Source of the DNA: Marsupella aquatica
Taxonomy: Eukaryota > Plantae > Marchantiophyta
Direction of reading: 5' to 3'
Assembly: GCA_973895155.1 (NCBI GenBank)
Contig: OZ316894.1
Location: forward strand, 6,720,234 to 6,784,233
DNA length: 64,000 nucleotides
Part shown: one piece after another, positions 24,066 to 36,293 of the stretch
How the letters are laid out: each line of letters opens with the position of its first letter
Position numbering within the stretch: the first letter of the stretch is position 1
Translations under genes and position numbers: made by a program
The notes under the pieces: model-generated
Seen by the model: only the letters and a program-made list of their open reading frames with translations
Told to the model about the DNA's origin: nothing
Databases searched by the model: none

Positions 24066-25702
24066 TAAGTAGCTCTTTTGATGAAGTTTAAGATACCCCC
24101 ATAACATAGAAACAGTGACATAAGGATACTTTAATTTATTCAAGAACTGTTTATGTGTCTGCTATTAGAGGTAAGGGTGGCTTTACAAGACATTGGGGGC
24201 AGTTTCCAATTTTGTCCCTCTCCAAGATCCAATCAGGGCCATCCATTCAGGAAAAACTGCTGCTGTTCATTTCACAAAACGTTGGGGGGCACTTTCAACC
24301 TAACCTATTACCTACATGGAATGGAATGGGGCCCAATTTTTGCTTATGTGGAGCACTCTTTTGTCCTAGATTTTAGACCACTTCTCTTGAAGGTCTCTTC
24401 TTTGTGCCCCTTTGGTTCATTCCTATTTTAAGTCATTTGCATCAAAAAGTGACCCACAACTACTTCAAAAGATCTTCTCTTGTCACATCTAGAAAGACTT
24501 TAGCCAAAGAATATGCGACATTCAGGTGGAGTGGGTCCTCAATCTGTCTTGCAGCAAATTGATCTAGCACCACTGGCTGCACTTCCCTTTACAAGACCTT
24601 GGGGGCCACAAAAGGATCATTCCAAAATTCTTTTAGCCCCGGGACACTATATTCAGTGCGTGCAATGGCCCTCCTGTTTGCTTTGGTGAAAAATCTTCCC
24701 AAGTGCCCCCAACTTCTTGTAAAATCCTAACACAACTGCTTGTTTGTGAACATGGAGATGCAGGCCACATGATTCATAATTGTCAGGAAAACTTTATGCA
24801 GAGTTACACTGTAGCACATTGCTCATGGCCTTCCACAAGAACTGGCAGGTTGGGGATTCAAGCCCTTCCCTCATCTGTTATTATTCATCAGCATGATAGG
24901 GCTTGAAAAAGGGAAAAATTAGAAAGGAATTATTTGAAAGTGAGAAAAGAATTATGCAAGGAATGACTAGGGCATCTCAAATATGATAAAAAACCACCTC
25001 AAAGGCAGCCGGCGATGTGTTAGGGCACACCAAAACTGGGTACAATTGGGTCGTGATCTTCTCGGGCTGTCAAATTTGAGGGAGTTCATGGCACTGTGTG
25101 AATTATGGCAACATGAGTCAATGACTACTCTGAATCGTGACCTCTTCCCTGTAGCGGTCAAGCCCTCTGTATCGGTCACGATTCCCAATAGTGACTGGTC
25201 GAGTGTCACATTTGGTGCCCGACCAGTCCTTCTCGTTGCCCCGGCCGGCTATGCGCAGTTAAACCACAGGGTACTCGCTTCTTTTTTTCCAACCCATCAC
25301 ATGCGAATAAGTATTGGGTTTTCTTATTGGGGTTAGTGAAAAAGACTTTTAAATTTTTGTTGAAGAATATTAGGATTGTTTTAATACAATATTCATTTGA
25401 GAATTATAAGAATCATACGGTTTTCTAAAGCCAAATTGGAATATTCCATTAAGTTAGGGGTAAAACTATTCCTAAAAAAAAAAACTTTATTGACTTAAGG
25501 TTTACGGTGTTTTTCCCCCAAAAATTTGCGCGTGATATGGGACACCCCTCTAATTGAGGCCCCTGAGAGTCAAACATGAAATTTTGCTGTATTTGAGATG
25601 CCCCACTAAACCCTTGACCACGAAGTGAAACACATGGGCATCAACTTCAAAGCCTCTGAGTGTTCACCTCCCTAATTAATTCAATTTTGTCATGTTGTTA
25701 AT

Positions 25703-26031
25703 TGTTAAGCTAAGTAACATCCAACGCACAAGTAGTCAACACAAAGAGATAAGATGTTCACCTTAGCTACTCAAGGTTACATCCACGGGAACACACGAGA
25801 GCTTTATGGCTCTCTGGACTTGTTGGCCATACCAAGTCTTTGCAATACAAGATCTCCCTATTTCTCAATTGGTTCCGTAACAATGAGCCTGAGAAAGTTC
25901 ATAATATCCAAGCAAACACCGCTTGAGATATAATTAGTGTGCAACCTAGTTAATCTAACATAGTGTGCAATTGAGGTAAGCCCTAACTACGGTCACAGTC
26001 GTAACCCTAGACTAAGAGTAATTGCCTAACA
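25703..26031 (-). mobile_element. Solo LTR related to the intact copia family
   Basis: TGTTAAG...CCTAACA; shares atccaacgcacaa, tccacgggaacacac, taacaatgagcct and ctagactaagagtaa. Flanks TTAAT/TTAAC. Confidence 0.85.
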
Positions 26032-26369
26032 TTAACATGGTCAATGTCTATCGAGGCTGTCATCCTGCAAGGTGTTATAAGTTTCCTCGCAAAAGAATAC
26101 AATCTGGGCCCATCAAATTTTGCACAACTTATGTACTCTAATAAGTCCAGTCCTTCACTCACTCAATTTGCTTTTTGGTGCATGCATTCAATATTTTTAT
26201 TCCAAGAAATAAGTGAAATGAAATCTCAGCTCTGGAAAAGAGGAAGGGGTCTTGTCACATAATTTTTAACAATAAATTGTAGTTGACCATAACAGTCACA
26301 CTCTTCCTCAATATTTGGGGTTGCATTTTACTCTTTTTTAGTGTTATTGTGATGTTTGCTAGCTTTTAA

Positions 26370-26574
26370 ACCACACCTGCCACTATAAAAGCCTCATTCC
26401 ATGTCTCACTACTCACCATAAAAGGTGCAACTCTAGCACCTTTTGTGGAATGCTTGCCAAAAAAAGGTTTTGCAGTCAACACCTTTTGTGGAGCTCAAAG
26501 TCCATTCTTGAACAATTTTTCATTACAATGAGAGCTACGGGTTACCCGGAGCCTTTTATAGGGGCAAGTGTGGT
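26370..26574. mobile_element. Small TIR element (MITE) flanked by TTAA
   Basis: accacacctgccactataaaagcctc pairs with gagccttttataggggcaagtgtggt. TTAA at 26366-26369 and 26575-26578. Confidence 0.75.
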
Positions 26575-29338
26575 TTAATTACTTTGCCACTAGAAATGTT
26601 TCAATTTATAACATTGTTTTTATAGTATTTACAAGTAAAGTATGATTTTTGAACTACTCTCGTTAGGTTGGTGAACTTGTCATCCATATACAAAAGAACG
26701 AAATATTTGTAATCTTACATCACGGTGCCTCAAGGCGGACTCTAGGGCCCGTAGGCTTCTAGAGTGAAGACTCAAGAACGTGATTCTAGGGCCCCACCAA
26801 AATTTGCACATAGAAAAAACCATGAGTAGTCATTCCTATTAACATTCAAAGAATGGGCATTCATGCTCCTTCCAATAAAAGCTGTGTGGCAGCGCACTCA
26901 GGCTCTACAATAAAAGCTTTGTGGCAGCATCGTCAATTCGTATTTTCAATTGGACAAAGTAGTCAAAAGTTGCTTAAGATGCAAATAACCAACGAGATAT
27001 GGCTCGTACAGCATCACTCCAAAGACCAAATGCACCTTTGTTGGACGAATACCCTGCAGGTCACATCCCTGGGACTGGCAATTTCTCCTTCAATTCTCTT
27101 GGTAAGAGTGTTGTGTCAAAGTGAACCTAGCCTAGTTCTGTGCTCACCTAGCTTTAATCTCGGCTCAATCGTGATGAGCCAGCCGTAAGAATTGCAGGAA
27201 CAGGTCAGCGCACCATAGAAAGCGCAATTGAAGCAAATTCAAAATAGTCAACTGACTGAAGGCACGCTTTGGTAAAGAAGAGGACTGGTGTACAGCTAGA
27301 TGTGTAGACCAGGGAATCAGCTGTCGATGCAGGTAGACCAGACACTCAGATTCCTTCCCTTTCTGAGTCGCTTCCGGTCAGATTTCCTAGTTCCTTCTTC
27401 GTCGTATTTTGCAGCCTGTGATCACCGTAGTAACTTCTTGACACTCAAAACTTGAATCGTCGTAATGCCGGTTGCTAAAACTGACTCAATGGAATTGCTG
27501 AGACTGACTAATTGTAATGTAATCTGATGGTGACATTGTGTTGTTGAGCTGAGGACAAATCTTGGCATGCGTTACAAAACAAACTTCGCGTCGCTTGAAT
27601 TGTCAACACATTATAGCAGCGGTCTTTGGCGTCTGCAATCCATCCATTTGGACTGAGCCTGAATTATGTCGATTCCAGCTTTGACTGCTCGTGCATGGCT
27701 TGCTGGATTTACGAATTCCTAGAGCAGTAATTGGTCATGCCTGAAACTTGTGGGCTTGCAAGAAAAAATGGAAATGGATCCTCGATGTGTTAGTTATTGT
27801 TCGTATTGTGGGCTTCGGTGGTACGAGTCGTGATCAAATCGTGAAGGAACCAGACCTGATCACGGATTCAGTTGCTCTGAAAGCCACTATTGGACCTAAT
27901 TTGAGACAGCTCGTCCTTGGGTTAGTTTTCCCATCAGCAAAGGTTGGACCAAATTTAACGAGAGTTAAAACGTTGGTCAAGCTTATAAGCCAATCCATGG
28001 GTAAGAAGAGAATCTGGACTAGCCAATTCATGGGTAAGAAGAGAATCTGGACTAGCCCTGGCTAGTATACAGGTCCCCGTAACAAGACTCTGACAGGCTA
28101 GAGAAAGACCAGAAGATGTTATTGTTAGACTCACAAACCCAAAAAAGGGTATATAATGCTCCATTATTCCAGCAACCTGCACCGAGTCCTATGACACAAA
28201 AGATGCTCGTGTTTGTTCTGGTAAACCTCCTGGACATGATGAGCTCATGAGGAAACGATGTTATAGCTGGACTGTACCGATTCAAATGAAATCAATTAAG
28301 GCATTATTTTTCGTTGGGGAACCCTCCACTGACATCGAACAAGGAGTCTCCTTCAGAGAACCTAGGATGAAATATTAGCAAATCCCAACAGACCTACTGC
28401 AGCTTTTCTTACCAGCTAGAAGTCAGGAAACAATTACGACAAAATTCACAAGCTACATTCTCTGCGAATACTTAATCAGTATAAACCTGAAAGTTGTGAG
28501 GTTCCTCTGTTGACAGAGGTGTTCCACACTATTACCAGGGGTTTTGAAAGGGAAGAATAAAAGCTATTGCAGGAACATAGTGAAACTAAGTCGTGGCTGT
28601 ATCGGATGTAAGCTAAATCATTATCGAGGTGATAAGGTCAAATACAGCCAACATTTTACATGGACAAGTCTTGACCTGATGTCATTGATCGCAGGTGCGG
28701 GAAGGATACATATCATGTACCCTAGGTATACTCTAATTCAAGACCACGGCAAAAAGATAGAACTCATAGAAACTCCAGGCATCCGTTTCCATTGTTGAAA
28801 GAAACTTGTCAAAGGACGACCACTGTCAAGATTTGTTATGTCAGCACGGGTGTGTCAGCAATTACAATCCCTAGTTGAGCCCATCAGTCTCACACAGTGT
28901 TTAGTCCAGTAATCTTGCAAACTACATTTGGACACCTTATCCTGTAGCTGAATTACTTGTGGATAGCTGGAACAGGAACCGTTCAAACTCATGCCGTGAC
29001 CTACTTTATTCAACATGGAGTTGCGATGGATTTGTGAGAATAACAGAATAGCAGCTGATGGGCTTCAAGCAGACAGTTGCTGACCATGCGCTCATCATCA
29101 TGCATCAAATGTTCCTATCCCCACTTAAAATTGCCTACGACCTATACGTCACTTAAGATCATCACTATCTTCAATTCAATCCACACTCTTCACACAGCTC
29201 CCAGGCGTGCACTTCAGTTAATTGACTGGATAACCTGCCAGCAATTGTTTTAAGCTCAGTTATGTTTGTCTTTCACAACCCGTTCTGCATCATGTTTCTC
29301 GCTATTCTTAATGTCTCCTCTTACTCCTCACGTATTGA

Positions 29339-31813
29339 CTACTCAACTCCAAGTATGTCATCTTCAAAATATACTCGTCTGTTACTCCGTCCTTTCCTGG
29401 AAGTTCTCATATCTCTTGGTGCTTCTCTTGTTGCCCTCACATACTTAACCTCACCTAAGACAATTTCTTCTTCAGCTACCGTTTTCCTTCCAAACCTAGG
29501 GATTAGGACTTGCCGACAACAACACAAGATAATGGCCACTTCGAATAGAAACAAGCATACCCCATTCCAAAGAAAAAACAGCCATTTCCATCTCGTTATC
29601 ATGGATCGTGGCCAAGGAAGAATCGACTCCAGTCGTACAGAAGCTTTGTAGATGTCAGGTACACCACCGAGGTCACGTACTCTAGCTTTCGGTTCAAGTA
29701 AGATTCTCACACTTGCAGTTGGAATCAACTTTTCCTGGGCCTCAAGAAGGCGGATCTCTATGGTTTGTGCCTCGTTAGAAATGCCGACCAAATTGGGAAC
29801 TGCATAAACAAGAGTTTTCACAAGCTGAATTGGGAAACTTCTGTAGCGAAGCCTGCACGGTTTGCTTGACCGCAAAATAACTCGGTCTCGTGGAGATAGT
29901 AGCTCAGCTGTCACTTGAAACATGCCCAACTTCATGTTGTAATCTGACTCCGGCAGTGTCAAGGAAACAGTGACGTGAAACTTGCTTCCTTGAGGAATCA
30001 CTCGAGTTTTTACAACTTTGTCAAGAGGGAGGTTCTTTATTCTCTCAATCTCTTTCGCAGGGAAAAGAGGGAGCAAGGAGACGGGTCTCGGCTGGGTATA
30101 ATCGAAATCCAAAGCCTGTCTTATTACGAGTGGCTTTTCCGCCACAATGTTGACGATAATTATGTCAGCAAACAGCGCTGGAATGAGCAGAAAACCCAGC
30201 ACGCAGACGACATATGCCACAGCCAAGCATCCCCAGAATGTTTTCTTCGACAGCTTGCTCACGTCGGGGCCTGCTTGTGAAAACGCTTCCAAGACCTGAT
30301 TGGCAGTGCCTGCTGTTACACTAGTCACCTTGTCCTTAACTTTCACTGTCCGAGTTATGGGATAAGATAATGAGGAGAAAGTGAAATTGACCAACCAAAT
30401 ACCAATGGCAAGTATATGAACTATGAGGTTTAACTGGAACTCGATTGCTTGCACTACAAACCCTGCGGGTTGAACAAGGGCCTGAGGTGGATGTTCTCCT
30501 CCATTATCTTCTCCTTCTGCTTCACTGCCAGGCATACTGTACGCCCCTCTTGTTTGCCTCGTCTCAGGGACGGAAGGTTTCCCACCCAAATCACTTGACG
30601 AGGCTACCCCTTCCCACTGACCCCTCCTCTGGCTGAGATCGGTACCTTTCCACAGACCTACTCCATCATCAGTTTTCATACTGGAAGCATTCCTTACAGC
30701 ATTATCGTCGCCTTCCAGTTCCGGATTATACCCAGACCCAAACCCCCATTCTTTCTTCCTCGTCCAGACATTCAAACTAACAGGATTTGAAACAGTATCC
30801 TCATCCACAGTTTGCAGCTGACTCTCAACTTCCGTGTCCCCTAATGATCCGGATGATGAATCATATTGGGGTTCAAAAGCGTCGGGCCTCTCAGCGATAG
30901 CCGCGATGTCCATGCTCTCTGAAAACCGGGAGACGTGGGCACCAACAAAGTTCACAACGGAATCATCATCTTCTCTTCCCGTACAAAGCGATCGAGGCTT
31001 CCTACTCGTCAAGTCAGTCATTGCAACAGAATCATCACCCTCGATTTGTAGCTGGCTCCCAACTTCCATGTGCCCTGATGCTCCTGACAAAGCAGCATTT
31101 CGGAGTTCGAAAGCTGTAGGCCCCTCAGCGATAGAAGCGATATCAATGCTCTCTGACAACGGAGAGATGTGGGCACCAACAAAGCTGACAGCAGACGCAT
31201 CATCTTTTGTTCGCTTTGAAGAAGATAGAGGTCTCCTCCTGAGAGACGAAGAAGACACGAAAGGCCTGGTTTGACTATCCTCTTCTAGTATTTCAGAATC
31301 AGTCTGCATAGAAATATTAGGATCGTCTAATTCATGTTTCTCTTCTTCCCATTCAGCACTTGATAAATGTGATTCCGATAGTGCCTCGTCTTTCTTGGCT
31401 TCTTCTTCTGGCAACCGATCCACAACAGACCACCCTTCTACCACAACATCTGTAATTGTGCCTCCTAGTGACGACACGTCAATGACCTCATTAGCTCGAG
31501 ATGGGTCCTCTCCAATCTGCGATTCAGAAGTTCGTGCTTCCTTTCCAAGCTCAGTGTCTACACCGTGACCGGATGCTGGGTCAAAATCAGCCTGATCCTT
31601 TGACCGGCGAACAGTTGACGGCAAAAATCCGGTGGCCAATTTCGCCGTCCCCATCAAAGAATTTACGAAAGAGCCTCCAACTGTTTCACCACTGCTTTCT
31701 TGCTCGCTCTTTTCATCCGTTTGATCCTTGACCACAGCGGTGTTACTCTCCTCAGTACGGTCATCTCCTACACGGGCCTTATCCTCATCCTCATCCACAA
31801 CCACTGGCTCCAT
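29339..31813 (-). CDS. SEIPIN: Seipin (lipid-droplet biogenesis protein), long acidic N-terminus, 824 aa, single coding exon
   Basis: LDFDYTQPRP, VSLTLPESDYNMKLGMFQV, SSKPCRLRYRS, GGVPDIYKASVRLESILPW and W(KW)LFFLW, with flanking TM helices. Confidence 0.95.
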   Translation of the reverse strand: MEPVVVDEDEDKARVGDDRTEESNTAVVKDQTDEKSEQESSGETVGGSFVNSLMGTAKLATGFLPSTVRRSKDQADFDPASGHGVDTELGKEARTSESQIGEDPSRANEVIDVSSLGGTITDVVVEGWSVVDRLPEEEAKKDEALSESHLSSAEWEEEKHELDDPNISMQTDSEILEEDSQTRPFVSSSSLRRRPLSSSKRTKDDASAVSFVGAHISPLSESIDIASIAEGPTAFELRNAALSGASGHMEVGSQLQIEGDDSVAMTDLTSRKPRSLCTGREDDDSVVNFVGAHVSRFSESMDIAAIAERPDAFEPQYDSSSGSLGDTEVESQLQTVDEDTVSNPVSLNVWTRKKEWGFGSGYNPELEGDDNAVRNASSMKTDDGVGLWKGTDLSQRRGQWEGVASSSDLGGKPSVPETRQTRGAYSMPGSEAEGEDNGGEHPPQALVQPAGFVVQAIEFQLNLIVHILAIGIWLVNFTFSSLSYPITRTVKVKDKVTSVTAGTANQVLEAFSQAGPDVSKLSKKTFWGCLAVAYVVCVLGFLLIPALFADIIIVNIVAEKPLVIRQALDFDYTQPRPVSLLPLFPAKEIERIKNLPLDKVVKTRVIPQGSKFHVTVSLTLPESDYNMKLGMFQVTAELLSPRDRVILRSSKPCRLRYRSFPIQLVKTLVYAVPNLVGISNEAQTIEIRLLEAQEKLIPTASVRILLEPKARVRDLGGVPDIYKASVRLESILPWPRSMITRWKWLFFLWNGVCLFLFEVAIILCCCRQVLIPRFGRKTVAEEEIVLGEVKYVRATREAPRDMRTSRKGRSNRRVYFEDDILGVE

Positions 31814-33536
31814 CTCTCATGACCTAAAACCTTTCCCCTGATATTCCTCGCGATCTCGCAAAGTGATTGAACTATTTCGTGGCGAATATTTCTCGGCGTA
31901 AATAGATAGACTACGGCTGATACACATGGCAAATTAAAATGACGAATTCAGGAGTAGCAATTCTTTTGCTCACTGATGAGCTAGCTTCAACCTGTAAAGT
32001 ATTCGCCATCATGTTACCACTTCTGGTTTTACTCTTCTGTCCTTATAATCACGTCTCGCTTGAGTTCAACCAAACCAGAATCTCCTCAAAATCAAGCACA
32101 GGTTGATTCTGCGCCATCCAAAGCCCCAAATTCGCTCTACTTCCCTTGCTTCAATTATGCGAGACAGAAGCAGCAATCATTAAAACAAATTCGCCCCTCA
32201 CTTCAGAAATGTTCCTCCGTCTGCAGCAAAAACAACCACAATCACTCAAACCTCCCGAAACTGGACACCAAGGGGAACAACACCTTTAAAGATAAATTCG
32301 CTCAAAGTTCCTACAGTACTTGATCTCTGTCCAACCGCAAAAAAGACCCAGACGGTACTAATCGTTCACAGGAACCATTTCGTCTTTGAAAATCCGGCAA
32401 ACCAGACACGAAGGACACACTAAGGCATTCATCAAAGTCTACACAACCGTGGCTCGAACTCTCACATGAACATTGAACCATGCTGTTCCCCTTCGTCCTC
32501 TCCAATTCACTTCGACACAAGCATCGTCTTGTCTCGTCTCTTCAATTCTTTGCGTCCTCTTGTCTCACTGCTCTCCGCTCTTCAATCCCATCTCGGAAGT
32601 CGAAAGCCTGCTGTTGGATGGGATGAGAAACCGAGGCCCAAGGTGTCTGGCCCTCTTACGGCCAAGGATGTGCGCTGCCCAGTTTTCCTAGGATGCAAGA
32701 AACCAGCAACGTCCCTGACAAGTTTCGACCTCTCGACCTGTCACGCAAGTATCTACAGGAGAACAGTCCGTGGAACAATACGAGTTCAGTGCCACTTGTC
32801 AAGCCAAGGTTACCCGCTGTCTTGCGGGGATGAGTGCCACTTGTCAACTACAGGATAATGGAGGTTTAAGAAGGAAAGGGGGGCTGTAACCCTGCTTCTG
32901 GAATGTCATAACAAGTTGTCAGGTGGCAACCTGAAAGCTTTTCCAAAAATCTAGGCACAGGATTATAGACTAGGACCCAGCCCGCCGCCGGGACGGCATG
33001 TCTAATTGGTTTATATTTTTGTCCAGAAAAGGGTTTATTGTTGTTTTAAAAGGTTACCTATTAATTTGTGGCCCAATGTGAGAACCTGAGCATGGATTAG
33101 AAAATGGTTACATAATTTTTGTCCAGAAAGGGTTAATTGTTTTTAGAAGGTTACCTGACTATAAATGTCTGGTCCAATATGTGAACTGGAGCATCGGGTT
33201 AGAAATGGTTACACTCTCATACGGTTTTGGAACTCATGGCTACTCTTCACATTTCTGCTTATGATTGTGTGGAGTGGGTGTCTTTGGGGCTATCAAAGGA
33301 AGGTAAGGTGGCGTCTCTGGTTCTGTCCTGGACAGTATCTTTTCTTATACATGTTTTGACACATGACTTTCCACCATTACAGTTTGCCCCGATATATATT
33401 TTCTCTCATAAATGTTTCAAATCAATGCAATTTGAATCAATAGATTTCTCAAGACTAAAGCAGTTCCATCAGCTTAATTGGAGGTGCAATTACCATCATG
33501 AGGCACAGGAGAATTAGGGAATTTTGGGGGCAATTA

Positions 33537-33916
33537 GAGTTTTCCGTAAAAGCTCACTTACGGAGTGAGTTCCCAGGGTGAAAAGCAGGAGTGAGCTGAA
33601 CACAGGGTGAGTTAGCTTGTGGCAGCGGCACTCAAATACACTAGAGTAAAATCCAGGGCGAAAACGGGAAAGTGATCTTTGGGGGTGGCAATGCCTAAGT
33701 CACCCTGTAATCTTGATGTGGGCAGCAACTACCGTGTGAGGGACGTCAGAAATGCTCAGAGTCGAGAGTTGCCCTAGAAATCATTAGCTGTAGGACTTCA
33801 CCTTGAGTTTTGACTAAAAAGTCTGTTCAATCATGCTCTACTTTCACGGTAACTAGCATTTTAGAATTACAGGGTGAGTGGCACGTCTTTTCATGGGCTG
33901 CTTTTACGTAAAACTC
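33537..33916. mobile_element. MITE with 17-bp TIRs and TA flanks
   Basis: TA|GAGTTTTCCGTAAAAGC ... GCTTTTACGTAAAACTC|TA. Confidence 0.8.
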
Positions 33917-34081
33917 TATTGTCTTCTCAAAAGCTTGCTTGGTTTCTTTACACTACGAAAAATTTCAGGCTAAATAAGTAGCCCTACAATTGAACACTAT
34001 AGCAAAGCTGAGATAGATGTAGAGGACCAACATAGAAGGGAACACTTCACAAAAGTCATTGGGAGTCCACTTTATTAAGAA

Positions 34082-35830
34082 CTAGCTCAATACCCGTGCG
34101 TTGCACAAAAGATGTCGTCACGGCCAAGATGTCATTGAGAACAAAAGAGGTCATGTCGGCCAAGATGTCATGTCGGCCATGAATTGGTTGAGAAATAAGA
34201 TGTCGTGTCGACCAAGAGATTGTTGAGAAAAAAGTTGTATTGGCCTCATTCACAATTGGAGGACCCAAAAGGAACGTCACACTCAAAAGTGACCATAGTT
34301 TATTATGCTTTAGGATATCATTTGTAGGGTGTAATGAGATGACATAGAAAATTTGATGTACTATACTTAACAAACATCCTGTAGGTTGGTAACATTCATT
34401 AAACTATCTAGCATTTAAGACTTTGAAGATTTCCTTATATGTCCTTCAAAGATTGATAAAAGGACTTGTCATGCAACGGGTCACATCATTTCAGGACTAA
34501 AAAATACCCCCAAAAATGCATTTTAGACAATGAAATTTTACCAAAGCATGCATACTAATAGAATAATCTTATATTTTAAAACTCAAATATTGACACACAC
34601 TAAACCTTTATGTACAGGACAAAAATAATCAGTAATTTTGGCTTATTTAGGGCCAACAATAATAGGATCCCTTAAAACAATTAAAAACTTGATTTATCTA
34701 CATGGTGAGGTAGGTTACACCATGTAAAATAGTCTTGTGAAAAAATTAGAGTTAAATGTCTTCAGATAAAATCATGGTGAAGCTTTTTCCATGTTATAAA
34801 AGTCATTTTTCACTAAAAAAAACATGTTTTTGAGTCCTGAAAGTGGTTCCTGCGAGGTACACCCTGTTGTGAATGAGGCCTATTGGCCAAGAGGTCGTTG
34901 ACAAAAACCGATGTCGTGTCGGCCAAGATCTCATTGATAAAAAAGACGTCGTATCGGCCAAGAAGTCATTGAGACAAAGGATGTCGTGTTGGCAAATTAA
35001 GAAGTCGTTGAGAAAAAAGATGTCATGTTGGCCAAGATGTTGTTGAGAGAAAAGATGTTCTGTCGGGCAAGACATCACTGAGAAAAAAGATGTTGTGTCG
35101 GCCAAGACATCATTGAGAAAACAGATGTCGTGAGGAAAATAATTACCCGTGCATGGCACAAAAGATTGTGTGTTGCCCAAAATGTAAAAGATGTCAGTAT
35201 GTGAAAGATGGCGTTAAGAAAAAGTTGTCATTTTGCCAAACTAAGTTATTGTGAAGTAAATGATGTTATAAGTAAAAAGGTGTTGTTTCACCCAATATGT
35301 CCTTAATATGTGAAAGATAGCTCAATACCGTGCGTTGCACAAAAGATGTTGAATATTAAGAAAAAATATGTCGTTTTGCCAAAGATGTTGTCAACAAAAA
35401 AAGTGTCATGTTGCCAAAGATTTCGTTAAGAAAAAATATGTTGTGTTGCCAAAGATTTCGTTAAGTAAAAAGATGTCATGTTGCCAAAGATGTCGTTAAT
35501 ATGTGAAAGATGTTGTGAAGTAAGAAGATGTCATTAAGAACTATGATGCCGTGTTGCCAAAGGTGTCGTGAAGAAAAAATGTTCTTATGTGAAAAATGTT
35601 GTGAAGTAAAAAGATGTCAATGCGCCAAAGATGTCTTTATGTCTAAGATGTCGTCAGGTAAAAGATGATGTTTCACCAAAGATGTTATTAAGTATTTTTT
35701 GTTAAGTACAAAATGGTCGATAAGTAAAGAATGTCGTTAGACAAAGATGTAAGTTGTGAAGTAAAAGATGTTCTTAAGTACAATTGAAAATATTGCTAGT
35801 AAACCATGTTAAGTTAAGTAAAAAAGTTGT
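34082..35830 (-). mobile_element. Non-autonomous Helitron 3' region filled with degenerate short tandem repeats
   Basis: Minus strand reads GTGCAACGCACGGGTATTGAGCTAG|T (hairpin plus CTAG-T end) at 34106-34081; second copy near 35318-35340. Repeats of aaagatgtcgtgtcggccaagatgtcattgag. Confidence 0.75.
34242..34880. mobile_element. TIR element nested in the Helitron repeats, 4-bp TSD TATT
   Basis: GGCCTCATTCACAA ... TTGTGAATGAGGCC with tatt on both sides. Removing it restores a host repeat unit. Confidence 0.8.
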
Positions 35831-36178
35831 TAAGTTGTTGCCACTTTTTTGCCACCCCTTGCATCCTGAAGTCCCATTGATAACCCCAAACTTTTGGTTA
35901 CATTATTAAGCTTTTTGCTGAAAGTTACCATCATTGGCCGCTTACTTAAAACTTCTTCCTTAAAGTCGCCGCAATAGCTTAATTGGCGTTGTCTGCCCCG
36001 ATGTCGAGACCCCCTGGGGTAACGGCGCTGCTTGGCTGACTTTTCAATGGCCCTTTCCCTGCACTTGCATATATCTTGCAACCTCATCAGTAACCCCAAT
36101 TTTTTGGTTACTTTAAGCTTAGTTTGATTAAAGTTGACTGCGGCTGCTTTCTTGGCTTTGGCCGCCCCAACGCCAATT

Positions 36179-36293
36179 CCCCTTGAGGCAACGGCACAAC
36201 TCAGCCCACTTTTCAACAAAACAATTTGCCTACCCCTTGAGGCAACGGCACAACTCAGCCCACTTTTCAACAAAACAATTTGCCTACCCCTTG
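36179..36293. repeat. 54-bp tandem repeat, two copies
   Basis: ccccttgaggcaacggcacaactcagcccacttttcaacaaaacaatttgccta, twice. Confidence 0.9.

Noticed and set aside
27647-27660. ttggactga resembling the start of miR319
   Set aside because: The match stops after 9 nt and no precursor hairpin is evident.
3685-31813. ACLB plus seipin as a lipid-metabolism gene cluster
   Set aside because: Only two housekeeping genes about 24 kb apart, separated by TEs; no evidence of co-regulation.
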